A DNA stretch of 64,000 bases from positions 13,082,001 to 13,146,000 of the forward strand of contig NC_043006.1 in NCBI RefSeq assembly GCF_006345805.1. Reading direction: 5' to 3'. Under the pieces are notes generated by a model. It saw only the letters and a program-made list of their open reading frames with translations. It did no database searches and was not told where the DNA came from. Origin of the DNA: Octopus sinensis (taxonomy: Eukaryota). Shown one piece after another: positions 13,338-25,813 of the stretch. The position numbers and the translations under genes were made by a program. Every line of letters begins with the position of its first letter. Position 1 is the first letter of the stretch.

Positions 13338-14178
13338 CAGGGTACGGTGAATAAACTGTCGTCTAAATTACGCAAATATCAAAATAACACAAACATCTCA
13401 CTTTAACAGATATATTTATCAAAATTACATGAAAATATCCTGAAATATTTAGGAGTAAATTTATTCAATAAAATTTCCATTTGGCTTCAATCACGGCTTC
13501 CAGACAACTTCGGAATTTGCTACAACTCTTCTGGACGATCTTCTTTTTTAACTTGGTGAATTCTGTCATAACCCTTGCTTTAATTTCATCTTTGGTGTTA
13601 CAAGGTGTTTTCTTGGTCTCTCACTCAACTGCACCCTACACATAATAATCAAGGGAGTTGCAGTCTGAGGAGTTAGGTGACCAGATGTTAGGGGTGATGT
13701 GGTCGCAGAAATTGTCTGACAGCCATGACTGGGTTCTCCTGCTCGTGTGACATGGCGCAGAGTGCAGTTATCATACATAGTCTTCAAGCAGCCACCCTCT
13801 TGAACCACACCAGCTCTACCTCATCCAGGCACTTGCTCTAGGCCTGCGTGTTGAGTCTGATGCGGTGTGAGAAGATGAATGGAGGTATAACGTCGCCATC
13901 ACTAGTGATCACTCCAAATATCATGATGTTGACTGGATGTTTGATTTTTTATTATTCTCGCTACGTGACCTCATATTGCACTGCCTTCAGTTTGACACCC
14001 AAACACTGTGAAATATTCGTATTGGAGCTTGCGGCTGAATGCCAAGCAGTACAGTATATCGTTTCCAAATTTCCAACAGAGCTAATTGCGCCATGGTGCC
14101 GTTTTTTTCACACAGACAGTGCCCAACTGACCCTTCTATACGATTAAGTCGACAAAATCAAAATCAGGCAATACTCTG
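13338..14178 (-). mobile_element. Internally deleted, decayed maT (DD37D) Tc1/mariner transposon
   Basis: Minus-strand remnants KHPVNIMIFGVITSDGDV, APCHTSRRTQSWL, WSPNSSDCNSLDYYV; spacing fits DD37D. Terminus TA-CAGGGTACGG with a degenerate counterpart near 14160-14178. Confidence 0.85.
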
Positions 14179-14421
14179 CATTGCACAGATGTTTATATAT
14201 TTATATATGTTCGATTATTTTCGTACTGATGAGTGAAGAAAATGGTAATACATGAAGACCACAAAATCTTTAATGGTATAGGACTAAACATTTTTTATTT
14301 ATTGAAGGAATTTCTACTAGTTTCAATTTTTCGAAGTCGGTGCGTGTGTATACGTATTGAAGTACTTTTGATTTAGAGTCAATTAAAGCGTGTGGCTTGT
14401 ACTGGTAGTAATAGCTCTTGA

Positions 14422-14496
<75 letters not shown>

Positions 14497-14500
<4 letters not shown>

Positions 14501-14946
14501 TAGTTTTATTTTTATAGCGTGCTTTCACTTCACTACCGAGCGCAGCTCTGTGTGCCTTGGGTATGTGCTGTGATTTGTTGTGATGCTCTGATGGTTATTG
14601 TATGGAAAGTGTTCTGCGTAGGATGTGTGCAGTGCCTAGTAGTGCAATTTTCTGTATGTTATATGTGTTTGTAAGTCCTGGTGTTTTTGTTAAGTTTTGT
14701 CTGAATATTTTTTTATCATGCCTAATGCACCTACTAAGATAGGAATTGTTTCTGTTTTCAGGTTCCACATTCTAGTTACCTCTATTTCCAGGTCTTTGTA
14801 TTTTGAGAGTTTCTCCATTTCTTTTAGAGACACGTTGTCATCAGCCGGTATCGATACATCAATTAGAAAGCATTTTTTTTCTTCATGATCTCTGACAACT
14901 ATATCTGGTCTGTTGGCCTTAATTTCTCTATCTGTGTGTATCGGCA

Positions 14947-14947
<1 letters not shown>
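14497..14947 (-). mobile_element. 3' fragment of a second R4/Dong-type RLE retrotransposon subfamily
   Basis: ORF 14690..14947: KANRPDIVVRD..FLIDVSIP..KLSKYKDL..IPILVGALG. Flanked on both sides by (ATT)n. Confidence 0.88.
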
Positions 14948-15001
<54 letters not shown>

Positions 15002-15478
15002 ATTATAGAAAAAAATTATATATCCTGTATTAATTTATTTTCCTTAATTGTTTTTTCACGCTGGCTACTCGATAAAATCTTATGTAGATTTTATCCTTAT
15101 ATTTTATTTACAAATATTGAACCGGAATATATTCAGTGCTGGATTATTTCGATTATACACACGTGGCGAGATGAACTAGAAAGATGTCCCTTTAATTGGA
15201 TATATAAGTGTAAACATTTGTATAAGCTTTGCTGGATGCGCTGTGTTTGTATGGTATCGGCAGATGTTTGTATATTTATATTTCACGGTTATATTCGTAC
15301 CGAGTGGAGAACGTGGTAATAAATGGGGACCACGAAATCATTAATGGTATACGACTAAACCATTTTTTATTGAAGGAATTTCTACTAGTTTCATTCCTTC
15401 GAAGTCGTCACACACATATATATTATTTATATTATTATATTTATATTATTATTATTATCATCACCATCATCATCATTA

Positions 15479-15530
<52 letters not shown>

Positions 15531-15531
<1 letters not shown>

Positions 15532-16043
15532 GAGTGAGAGAGCAGTTCATGCCATCAAATTGACACTGGGGTAAAATATACGAAGCCCAATATACCCATC
15601 ATGACTACCCGTCTGATAAGGGTACACCAGGCACATGCATCACAACCATATGTGCGCGACATGGTGATCTCATATCAAGATAAACAGCACATGACCTTGC
15701 AGGTGGGGCCCAGTTAGAATTTTCTTCAGGTTGAGTAGCCCATCCCGCTCAAACGGTCCTTGAATAGGGGTTGTTTAAGGATGTTGAAAGAACCACCCAT
15801 GTTTCCAGAGGTGAATTATTCAAACCCCAAAGAATCCCTCTCAACCAACACATGGCTATGATGCTCCCCCACTACTTCTGCTCGTAATGAGAGATGCACA
15901 TATCGTCAGCCACTAAGGGACATGCTCACTGGTTAAAGTCAAAACAACTGACAAGCAAATCTGTGGTATTGAGCAGAATATTTGCTGTAGCCCATCTTTT
16001 TATACCAAGACAAAACAATGTACATGATAACACTTCCAATTAG
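15531..16043 (-). mobile_element. ~530-bp non-coding AAT-tailed dispersed element (family E), copy 1
   Basis: Six related copies in the window. On the minus strand each ends ..CTCACTC(AAT)n. No ORF. Bounded by (ATT)n. Confidence 0.8.
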
Positions 16044-16058
16044 CTATTATTATTATTA

Positions 16059-16096
<38 letters not shown>

Positions 16097-16442
16097 TATT
16101 ATTATTATTATTATGTTATTATTACTATTATTATTATTATTATTATATAATGTGTGTGTACATGTATGTATGTACGTATATATATATAATATATATATAT
16201 CTATATATAATATATATATATTATATATATAAATAGGAAAAAGCAACAAGAATGGATTAAAATCTCGGAATATATATTATATATATTATATACCACTTAT
16301 AGGAACAGTGGTAAAACAAGATGCTAATTTTTGTTTGTAATGGCAGTCGATAAAGTTCAACGCTAGGTAAAGCCTCACTGAATGTCTAGAGGCAAAGATC
16401 TGTGCGGGCAGCGAATATAAAAAGTTTTCGTCTTATCTCTAG

Positions 16443-16671
16443 GAAGAACGGCAGAGAAATGAACAAAGTGAACAAACTAGTACTCGAGTTTCGAAGTTTA
16501 CGGAATACGTTTGGTATCGTAAAAGTGAATTGTCCTCATCGGCTAGGTCTACCGAAATGACTAAATCTAAAATATCCGCTACATCAATGTTTGTATACTC
16601 GGCCCCAATAGCCCCGGCCATAAACAAATCCGAGATCAGGGAAAAAAGTTGCTCAGGAGAATTTTGCCAAA
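16443..16671 (+). CDS. Candidate internal exon of an unidentified gene (EERQRNEQSEQTSTRVSKFTEYVWYRK...SCSGEFCQ)
   Basis: Acceptor TTTTCGTCTTATCTCTAG, donor GTAAGT, 229 nt, exactly one frame open throughout. No recognisable homology. Confidence 0.4.
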
Positions 16672-17085
16672 GTAAGTAGCAGCAGCACTGTAAACACAGA
16701 CGAGTGTTTTGTAACACACAGTCCTGTTTCACATACTTAGGCCCCACGATAGTAGAATCTGCAATCAAATCTCTTATATTTATAACTGAGTCGCAAAAGA
16801 TATCTACGTTGAACTAAACTCGTAGAAAAATGTAACAAGTAAAATAAATGTAACAAATAAAATAAAGCAGGTTTCATTAGATTCGCTGTCCCTCAGCAAA
16901 ACAAAGTATTCAACAGTTTAATTCATTTATAATACAATAGGAAATGTTTGAGAGCATCACATGAGTTTCAGAATAAATAAAGGAAAGGTATCTGCATGTT
17001 CTGGTCACAGCCATGTATTGCTTACATAGTCTAAACGGTTAACGTATTATTGTGAATATGTATGTAGATCTGTATATATGTGTAA

Positions 17086-17141
<56 letters not shown>

Positions 17142-17309
17142 TGTGTGTGTGCGTGTGTGTGTGTGTTTGTGGTAGACAACGGTAACTATTTTCATGTCAC
17201 GACTAACTGCACACAATTGAATGTAAATCTAGTGGCAAACAAATCAATAGACCTTCGAGAAGCTGAAATTATTGATATTTACTTGCAAGATTTGAAAATT
17301 AAAGATATT

Positions 17310-17378
17310 GTAAAAACAACAACAACAACAACAGCAATAACAATAACAACTATAACAATAATAAAAACAATAATAATA

Positions 17379-17417
<39 letters not shown>

Positions 17418-17648
17418 AAATGATGGTGAAGATGGTCTCTTTGATAATAATAATGATAATAATAATAATGATAATAATAACAACAACAATAACAACAATA
17501 ATAATAATAAAATAATAATAATAAATAATAATAATAATAATACTGAAAATGGTGGTGAAGATGGTCTCTTTCATAATAATAATGATAATAATAATAATAA
17601 CAATAATAATAATAAAATATAATAATAATAATAATGATAATAATAATA

Positions 17649-17695
<47 letters not shown>

Positions 17696-17830
17696 GAAAA
17701 TGATGAAGATGGACTCTTTCATGATAATAATGATAATAATGATAATAATAGCAATAATAATAATAATGATAATAGTAATAACAACAACAACAACAATAAT
17801 AATAATAATATAATAATAATAATAATAATA

Positions 17831-17866
<36 letters not shown>

Positions 17867-17895
17867 TTGATGATGATGATAATAATAATAATCGT
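17310..17895. repeat. Compound (AAT)n/(AAC)n/(GAT)n tract with higher-order units
   Basis: Direct reading. Confidence 0.97.
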
Positions 17896-18327
17896 GAATA
17901 AATAAAGAAACGTATAAATAAATAAATAAATTTTAGCTTCCACAAGCATTTGTATCAACTTAAAGAAACATTTGCACTCGACTAATGTAATTACACACGA
18001 TGTAATCGATAAATACATTATAACGAATTGATAACTAGACGATAATTAAATGATGATTACATAGAAAGATGCAGAATGGGGACGTTTGATACGTATAATT
18101 ATTGATTGTTTTGAAATTCGGTTATGCATCGATAAAGAGAAAATAGTGTTTGTACAAGGGGATAAATGAACTGGGGTTTATTCTATTAAGCGGTCAGAAA
18201 CACAACGCATTTGACTTCAATTTAGCAGGGGTTGGTCTGGTCTGGACTGCTTATCATGCGAAAAGCTGCGATAAACATTAAACCGTTAAACTGTGTTAGT
18301 TGACGAGATGTGGCTGCATTTTGCAAA

Positions 18328-18548
18328 CCTGTGTTGTTGACGCAACCCCCACAAGGCACCTATTGATTGGTGTGGGAGAAAAAAAGCTGTTTAATTACCT
18401 GAGTATCAACTCAATCAGTTCAGATGTTTAAATTATTAGCGCATATATGTGCTTACGTATTCACACACACGTAAAAACGTACACACACACATACACACAC
18501 ACGCGCACACACATATATATATGCTTATATATTACATATATATATATG

Positions 18549-18626
<78 letters not shown>

Positions 18627-18764
18627 ATATATATACGAGTCTTACGTGTGCAAATATGCGCTAATAATATGAACATTGAAGTGACTGATTTGTTACTCAG
18701 GTAATTAAAGAGTTTCTCCACCCCTAAGCAATAGGTGTCTTAAGGGCAGCATCAACAACACAGG
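18328..18764. repeat. Imperfect ~95-bp inverted repeat around a (TA)n/(CA)n tract
   Basis: CCTGTGTTGTTGA..CACCTATTG..TTAATTACCTGAGTA on the left; reverse complement at 18677-18764. Confidence 0.8.
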
Positions 18765-18944
18765 TATTGTGAACGCACACATATACATAGGTGTGTGTGT
18801 GTGTGTGTGTGTATATATGCACACACATATGTATATATATATATTATAATAAATTAGAGACAAAACCACTATTATGCAAATCAAACAAAGAAAGACTTAA
18901 GCCAATACATAGAAATTTATATAATTAAAATTTAACAAATGAAT

Positions 18945-18996
18945 AACCACTACGATCGTTTCGTGTCAGCACATCTTAGACATTCTTCAGGTGGTT
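18945..18996 (-). ncRNA. Mirror-image hammerhead motif in the left arm of the palindrome
   Basis: Reverse complement equals 19071-19123 except one C missing in loop II. Confidence 0.8.
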
Positions 18997-19070
18997 TCTA
19001 AACCTTCTTAGCGAGTTATAAACTATGAAGTTTTAACTATGAAGTTTATAACTCGCTAAGAAGGTTTAGA

Positions 19071-19123
19071 AACCACCTGAAGAATGTCCTAAGATGTGCT
19101 GACACGAAACGATCGTAGTGGTT
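19071..19123 (+). ncRNA. Type I hammerhead ribozyme motif (near canonical; A.C at base of stem II)
   Basis: AACCAC-CTGAAGA-ATGTC..GACAC-GAAA-CGATCG-TA-GTGGTT. Confidence 0.8.
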
Positions 19124-19316
19124 ATTCATTTGTTAAATTTTAATTATATAAATTTTTATGTATTGGCTTAAGTCTTTCTTTGTTTGATTTGCATAATAGT
19201 GGTTTTGTCTCTAATTTATTATAATATAATATTTTATTATAAAATTGGATTCAATCTTAAATCTGATTTTTCCTTGTAAATTTGGATTTATTCCCTAATA
19301 TTTATTATTATATATG

Positions 19317-19355
<39 letters not shown>

Positions 19356-19408
19356 TGAGAGAGAGAGAGAGAGAGAGAGACATACACACACATACATTGG
19401 ATAGATAA

Positions 19409-19555
<147 letters not shown>

Positions 19556-19805
19556 TATCCTTCTCTTCTCCACGTTCACCTGTCCTCACTTTAAATATTG
19601 CTGTCCGCTGTAATCTCCCTACACGAAATAAAATATTAATTGAAGCAAAATAATGAAAACATAACAATGCTGTTGCCAAGTGTGCAAACCAGCTGGGAAA
19701 AGTTTTACCTAAATCGTTTCACAGAAAACTGAGAAATCCTAAATTTCACTTCTAAGCTATTAGCATGGTATCTGGGTTTATATATATATATTTATATATC
19801 TTAAG

Positions 19806-20150
19806 GTGGAGGCGCAATGGCCCAGTGGTTTGGGCAGCGGACTCGCGGTCATAGGATCGCGGTTTCGATTCCAAGACCGGGCGTTGTGAGTGTTTATTGA
19901 GCGAAAACACCTAAAAAAGCTCCACGACGCTCCGGCAGGGATGGTGGTGATCCCTGATGTACTCTTTCATCACAACTTTCTCTCACTCTTACTTCCTGTT
20001 TCTGTTGTACCTGTATTTCAAAGGGCCGGCCTTGTCACTCTCTGTGTCACGCTGAATATCCCCGAGAACTACGTTAATTTCACGAGCAGGCTGTTCCGTT
20101 GATTCGGATCAACCGGAACCCTCGCCGTCGTAACCGACGGAGTGGTTCCA
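19806..20150 (+). mobile_element. SINE family A with internal deletion
   Basis: Deletion between two CGTTAA direct repeats. TSD ATATCTTAA. Confidence 0.9.
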
Positions 20151-21768
20151 TCCATATCTTAAATTGTTTGCGTATGTGTGCGTTTATACATATATGCATA
20201 TAGATGAGCATGTACCTGTTTATATATATTTGCACACCTACAATCATCTAACATATATTTCAGTCAGTATTGGCCTAGAATATATCTAGCTTAACATCAC
20301 TACCCGGTGAAGTATTTTACATCATATGTTGGTATACCATAAGAAATCTGATAATGAACGAAATATATCCGAATTATATCTGATATTTCTTAAGGGGAAT
20401 TTTTCATTGGCCGATGGAAGTTTCGGGAACCCATTTTTTCAATATCTTTTCTGGTAATATTGAATAAATCAGAGCCAATTGAGTTGGAATATAAAGCTTG
20501 TGTAGCCATGTTGTTTTGTAATGTGTGCTCGATTTTTTTGTTGAAGATGTATGGCACAGAGGCCAAGCCTTGGCTGATCCATAAACTTGATGCAAGCATC
20601 GTTTGGTAAAAGATGATGTATATTTTCCACATTATACAAATGATATATCCTTCATAATGCATGACTGAACTTAGACTGAGTTTTTAAATGGATTTTATTT
20701 CCTTCCTTCAAAACTAGAATGAGAGATAGAGGTAAAAATTATTCAGGAATATAACCAATTTCCAGTAATTTTCTTTAGATTTCAGGAAGTAGAAGTCACG
20801 ATGATTTTGGATAGAATTTAGACTGAACATTTTTGGCGTTTTATTTCCTTTGTTGAAAAGTCGAATCACAGAAGGTGGTAGAGAAAAACGTGGAAGAATA
20901 TAGCACTTTTCTAGATTTTCATGACTCTCTGGAGGTGCTGCTAGTTGGTGCACATAATCCTTCAAGACACTAACGGATCATTAAATCATGTCGGATCAAT
21001 TGCTAAGGGGATGTCTTGCAATTTTTCACTAATACTACGTAAGGCGACAAAGATCTGGATCTTGTCGCCTGTAAACAAAAATAGTATTTCTTCTGTAGAG
21101 TCTCCATCCATCATTTGTTTTTAATTTTATAAATTTTGTTCTTTCTCCTGTCTTTTTATCTCTGCGTTGTTATGGCGATTTTGCTCTCATAAACCAATCG
21201 ATGAAATGGATCCTATATTCTTTCAGCAAGTGAAAAGAACATGCTGGTGTAGTCAGACTATTATCAATGCCCTAAACTTCTTAGGCCATACTTTAGTTAC
21301 TTGTCATTACAATATTGTTGTTAGCAGTATTTAAGCTGACTATTTCTTATATATCTTTAATATTTATAAATTTATATTTACATCTGTACGTATGTCACCT
21401 TACCTCTACCCCAAAACCGTAGATGTATGGCACAGGGGCTAAACATTGGATGCTCAATAAAATTGATGCCAGCATCGTTTGGGCAATGATAACGGAAGAT
21501 TTTCCAACGTATAGAGATGATATAGCACTCATGACATAGGATACAATATATATACCTCACCTACTTGGAGAAGTCAATAGTAACCCCCTCCGGGATTCAT
21601 CTCAAGTCTAGTCTTGGTAACCGAAGTCCTAGTAAATTAATTAACGGTGGCAACGGGAAGAGGGATGTGAGCCCTCCCAGGTAATATAGAGAATGCTTAA
21701 GAAGGTTCACATGCACGGGACCTGCCCAAAAGTAGACCACCATTGGACAATGTTACACTATGTATACA

Positions 21769-21838
<70 letters not shown>

Positions 21839-21839
21839 C

Positions 21840-21897
<58 letters not shown>

Positions 21898-22074
21898 ATA
21901 AAAATGGTAAGACAACAAAAGAAAGAAAGAGACCTCGATATTATGTGAATAGAGGAATTTATCTGTAAATGTAATATGTGACAATTATTCGGCATCCTTG
22001 ATAAAATTCCGAGTTTCTGATGCCGAGGTGGAAATCTACGCCGCCAGCTCTTCAGTTATCCGGTCATGCGAAAA

Positions 22075-22510
22075 ATGCTATGAAAAATGGGTTCCCGAGG
22101 TGGGCATTAAGCACTGCAGTAAGTTTGGGAGCTGTACTTTTGTGAACCTTTCTACGGTCTCCATCTGAAAGTTTCGGTTGTCTTCCGGAGTTTTGTCTCG
22201 ACGAGGAGGTTTTTCCGTCTTTCTCAAAGTCTGCCATAACTTTCGAGACGGTACTTCTTGATACACCAAACATTTTGGCTGTTTTCGTTACGCTAGCGCC
22301 TGCCATAGAATCACCAACAATTGACCTCTTTGAATATTCGTTAGGTCTGTCATTTTAATGAAATTTAATCATCTTTTTCTGATGATACCTGAAAAGAAAC
22401 AGCTATTTCAGCAAAACATATTAAGCAACACTAATAATAATTTAGAAAACATAAAGATGAATAAGCTTTTGATGGTTTTATAGATATTTCAAAATTATGA
22501 TGCTATGATG
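22075..22510 (-). mobile_element. Tc1-like transposon 5' fragment (N-terminal HTH region)
   Basis: ORF 22064..22306: MAGASVTKTAKMFGVSRSTVSKVM..SGRQPKLS, a typical Tc1 paired-like DNA-binding region. Confidence 0.8.
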
Positions 22511-22578
22511 CTGGATGGTTCTATTATTTAGTCCAACTCCTGTATATGTACATACATGCATACATACATATATATATA

Positions 22579-22650
<72 letters not shown>

Positions 22651-22707
22651 ATATATGTATGTGTATATATGTATGTGTATATATATATATAATATATATA
22701 TATATTA

Positions 22708-22741
<34 letters not shown>

Positions 22742-22742
22742 C

Positions 22743-22777
<35 letters not shown>

Positions 22778-24773
22778 GCATGTATATATATAATATATAT
22801 ATATACTTTATTTTTCGTTACTCCACTTCACTCAACTGTAGAAATAAGTTGTGAAGTCACTGGTGCCAAGCTGAGTCAGCCTTTGCCTTTCCCTTGGATA
22901 CCATCGGTTGCGTGGAAAGGGCAAGCCGGTAAGTATGGACAACTGCTGGTCTTCCATAAAAAGAACCCTAAGTTGTGCACTCGCCAGTGAGGAGACTTTC
23001 TGCGCAGATATGTACCCCGGATGGGAACCTCTTAGGAGTCGAGTTTTACATACATGTATACAAATATACATATATATATATTTATATATATATATATATA
23101 TTGGCCTGCTCGCTTAGCTAGCAGGGTGGCGTCAATTGAAGGCTAAAACAAGGCGAAGCGCATTGTGACCAGCGATGTATAGCAACATCTGATGGCCTGG
23201 TCAGTCACGGTGATCGCGGTGATGTATATATATATATAAAATATAATTAAGATTCGGTTAAATTTAGTACTTAAATTGAGGCACCTAGTTAGGTACTTTA
23301 TATATAAATACAAAAATACCTTCTATAAAATTTCCGGATGACCCTACCTCACGGCAGGAAACGCAAATCTGGATAGCAAAATAAAACTACTTTTGCACCA
23401 AATGCCACATATCTGAATAGGTTTCAAATAGTAAAGTATAACAAAGTTAACAGCAGTGCTCCAGTATGGTCGCAGTTCCTGACCTGAAACTAGAAAAAGA
23501 TTATCAATATAGTAAAAAACTAAGGAAAAGAAATACTTCAAAATGGTATGTTTAACATCCAATTCAGTGGTATGTCAGTTGGATACCATACAAATATTGC
23601 TATAATTCAATTATGAAGATAAATTAAATATAGAGATATACTATTGACAATTCAATAATTTATTTATATTACAATATTACATGAAATACTATGAATATAA
23701 TATAACATAAGATAATATTGTATAGCATAAACAACTACTAAGAAACCGTAAAGGCCAACAAATTGTTTCGACTTGTATATGTATTTTTTTCTGATTTATA
23801 TAATAATAATAATGAAATTATTGTATATAGTCCTCAGGTGCACCACAATTTGTCAGAAAGTGCATATAAAGTACATGCAGTAATGTAAAAATGTCTGGAA
23901 AGCGAACAATGTATGAGTCAGATACATTCCTGTGTGTGTATGGAGGGGAGAAAATCAGGTGTAGTTTTGGCGAATCTCAGGAAGCATGGAAGTTTTGAAG
24001 GATGCAGTGCTCCGACAACTAACAACTGATGCCTGCAGTTTGTTCCATGCTTCAGCAACTCTCAGCGTGAAAAAATGTTTAGATACGTAATAGCAGTTCC
24101 CTTATACGTAAAGTCACTTCTGGGTCATTGTGTAGAAATAGACGAAATTCCGTTTGCAAGGACGGCTGGATTGTAAAAAATAATTCAAATGTCTATGTAT
24201 TGTGAGCGTGAGCATTAACCATTCAATCATACATCAATTACCGATAGAATAAGTACTAGGCTTACAAAGAATAAGTCCTGGGGTCCATTTGCTCGACTAA
24301 AGGTGGTGCTCCAGCATGGCCACAGTTAAATGACTGAAACAAAGTAAAAGAGTTAAACAATATACACACACACACACTCATATGCGTGTGCCTGTTCGTG
24401 CGCGCGAGAAATTGTATATGAAACTGGGAGCATGTATTGGCCTAATTTATATTATATATGAATCGGCGTAATTATTTATATAGTTACTGGAGATGCCATT
24501 AAGGCTTATACTATCCCAGTACAAGCATACAGGGAAAAATATGTTTCTATATATTTATCTGTTTTTTTAGCATGTTTTATTGTCATTATACCTTGATTAC
24601 AATTTCAGCCCATTTTACATCAATAGATTTTAATTTTTCCTTCCACTCACGCAAATAAAATTTCCTACGCACTTTTTCTAATCGCGTGATCCGCTCGTCA
24701 GAACTTTTGAATGCAACTTTATATTTATCACTTTCACACGAATCGTGCAAACATATATATATATATATATATG

Positions 24774-24840
<67 letters not shown>

Positions 24841-25539
24841 TGCGTGCGTGCGTGTGCTATATATATATACACACACACACATACACACATATATATATAT
24901 ATATATAATATGATATATATATATATATGATATATATATATATACATGATATACATATATATATATGGTATATCTATCTATCTATGTATGTATCTATATA
25001 TATATATATAGAGAGAGAGAGATAGATAGATAGATACATACATACATACATACATACATACATACGTACATACATACATACATGCATACATACATACATG
25101 CGTACACATATACATAAATAGATAGATACACATACATGCATACATACATAAATATATGCATACATACATGCATACATATAGGTATGTGTGCGTGTGTGTG
25201 TGTGTGTGCATATATAGATATGTATGTATATGTTTTGTTTTCAATTTGATCGCATCCATGCTTTCAGCAATCATCTTTACAGCTTATGCGACCCTTTAAC
25301 ATACAAATATAATTAATTTTACTCAAGCATTTATTAATTCATTTATTTATTTATTTACTTATTTTGTTAAATAATTTTTTCGACTGAATGCCGTCAGCTC
25401 CATCTAGCCCCGACTCATATCTTCTATGAAATTATTTTCGTATTATGTGCTTCAGCGAACTATTTTATCGTTTTTCATTTCTTTAATTTTTCCAAAAACA
25501 CAATCAGAATTTGTTTGTCCTGCTTGTCATATTGTTTAT

Positions 25540-25558
25540 TATTATTATTATATTATTA

Positions 25559-25636
<78 letters not shown>

Positions 25637-25653
25637 TATTATTATTATTATTA

Positions 25654-25728
<75 letters not shown>

Positions 25729-25737
25729 TTTATATTA

Positions 25738-25768
<31 letters not shown>

Positions 25769-25782
25769 TTATTATTATATTA

Positions 25783-25812
<30 letters not shown>
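25540..25812. repeat. (ATT)n microsatellite
   Basis: Direct reading. Further tracts at 14423-14496, 14948-15005, 15420-15530, 16044-16150, 26413-26685, 27189-27240, 29180-29284, 29786-30401, 30903-31063, 31275-31330. Confidence 0.98.

Positions 25813-25813
<1 letters not shown>

Larger units (their letters stand above)
18838..19228. repeat. ~390-bp near-perfect inverted repeat (arms about 185 bp)
   Basis: 18838-19022 is the reverse complement of about 19044-19228 with few differences. Spacer is AACTATGAAGTT twice. Confidence 0.95.

Noticed and set aside
15870-15912. CTGACGA on the minus strand of family E as a hammerhead core
   Set aside because: It is followed by GAAG rather than GAAA and no stems close the core.
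21042-21070. Small hairpin AGGCGACAAAGATC-TG-GATCTTGTCGCCT
   Set aside because: Isolated, single copy, and no functional context visible.
24586-24750. Protein-like minus-strand frame SSDERITRLEKVRRKFYLREWKEKLKSIDVKWAEIVIK
   Set aside because: No convincing acceptor, it runs into a microsatellite, and I recognise no homology.
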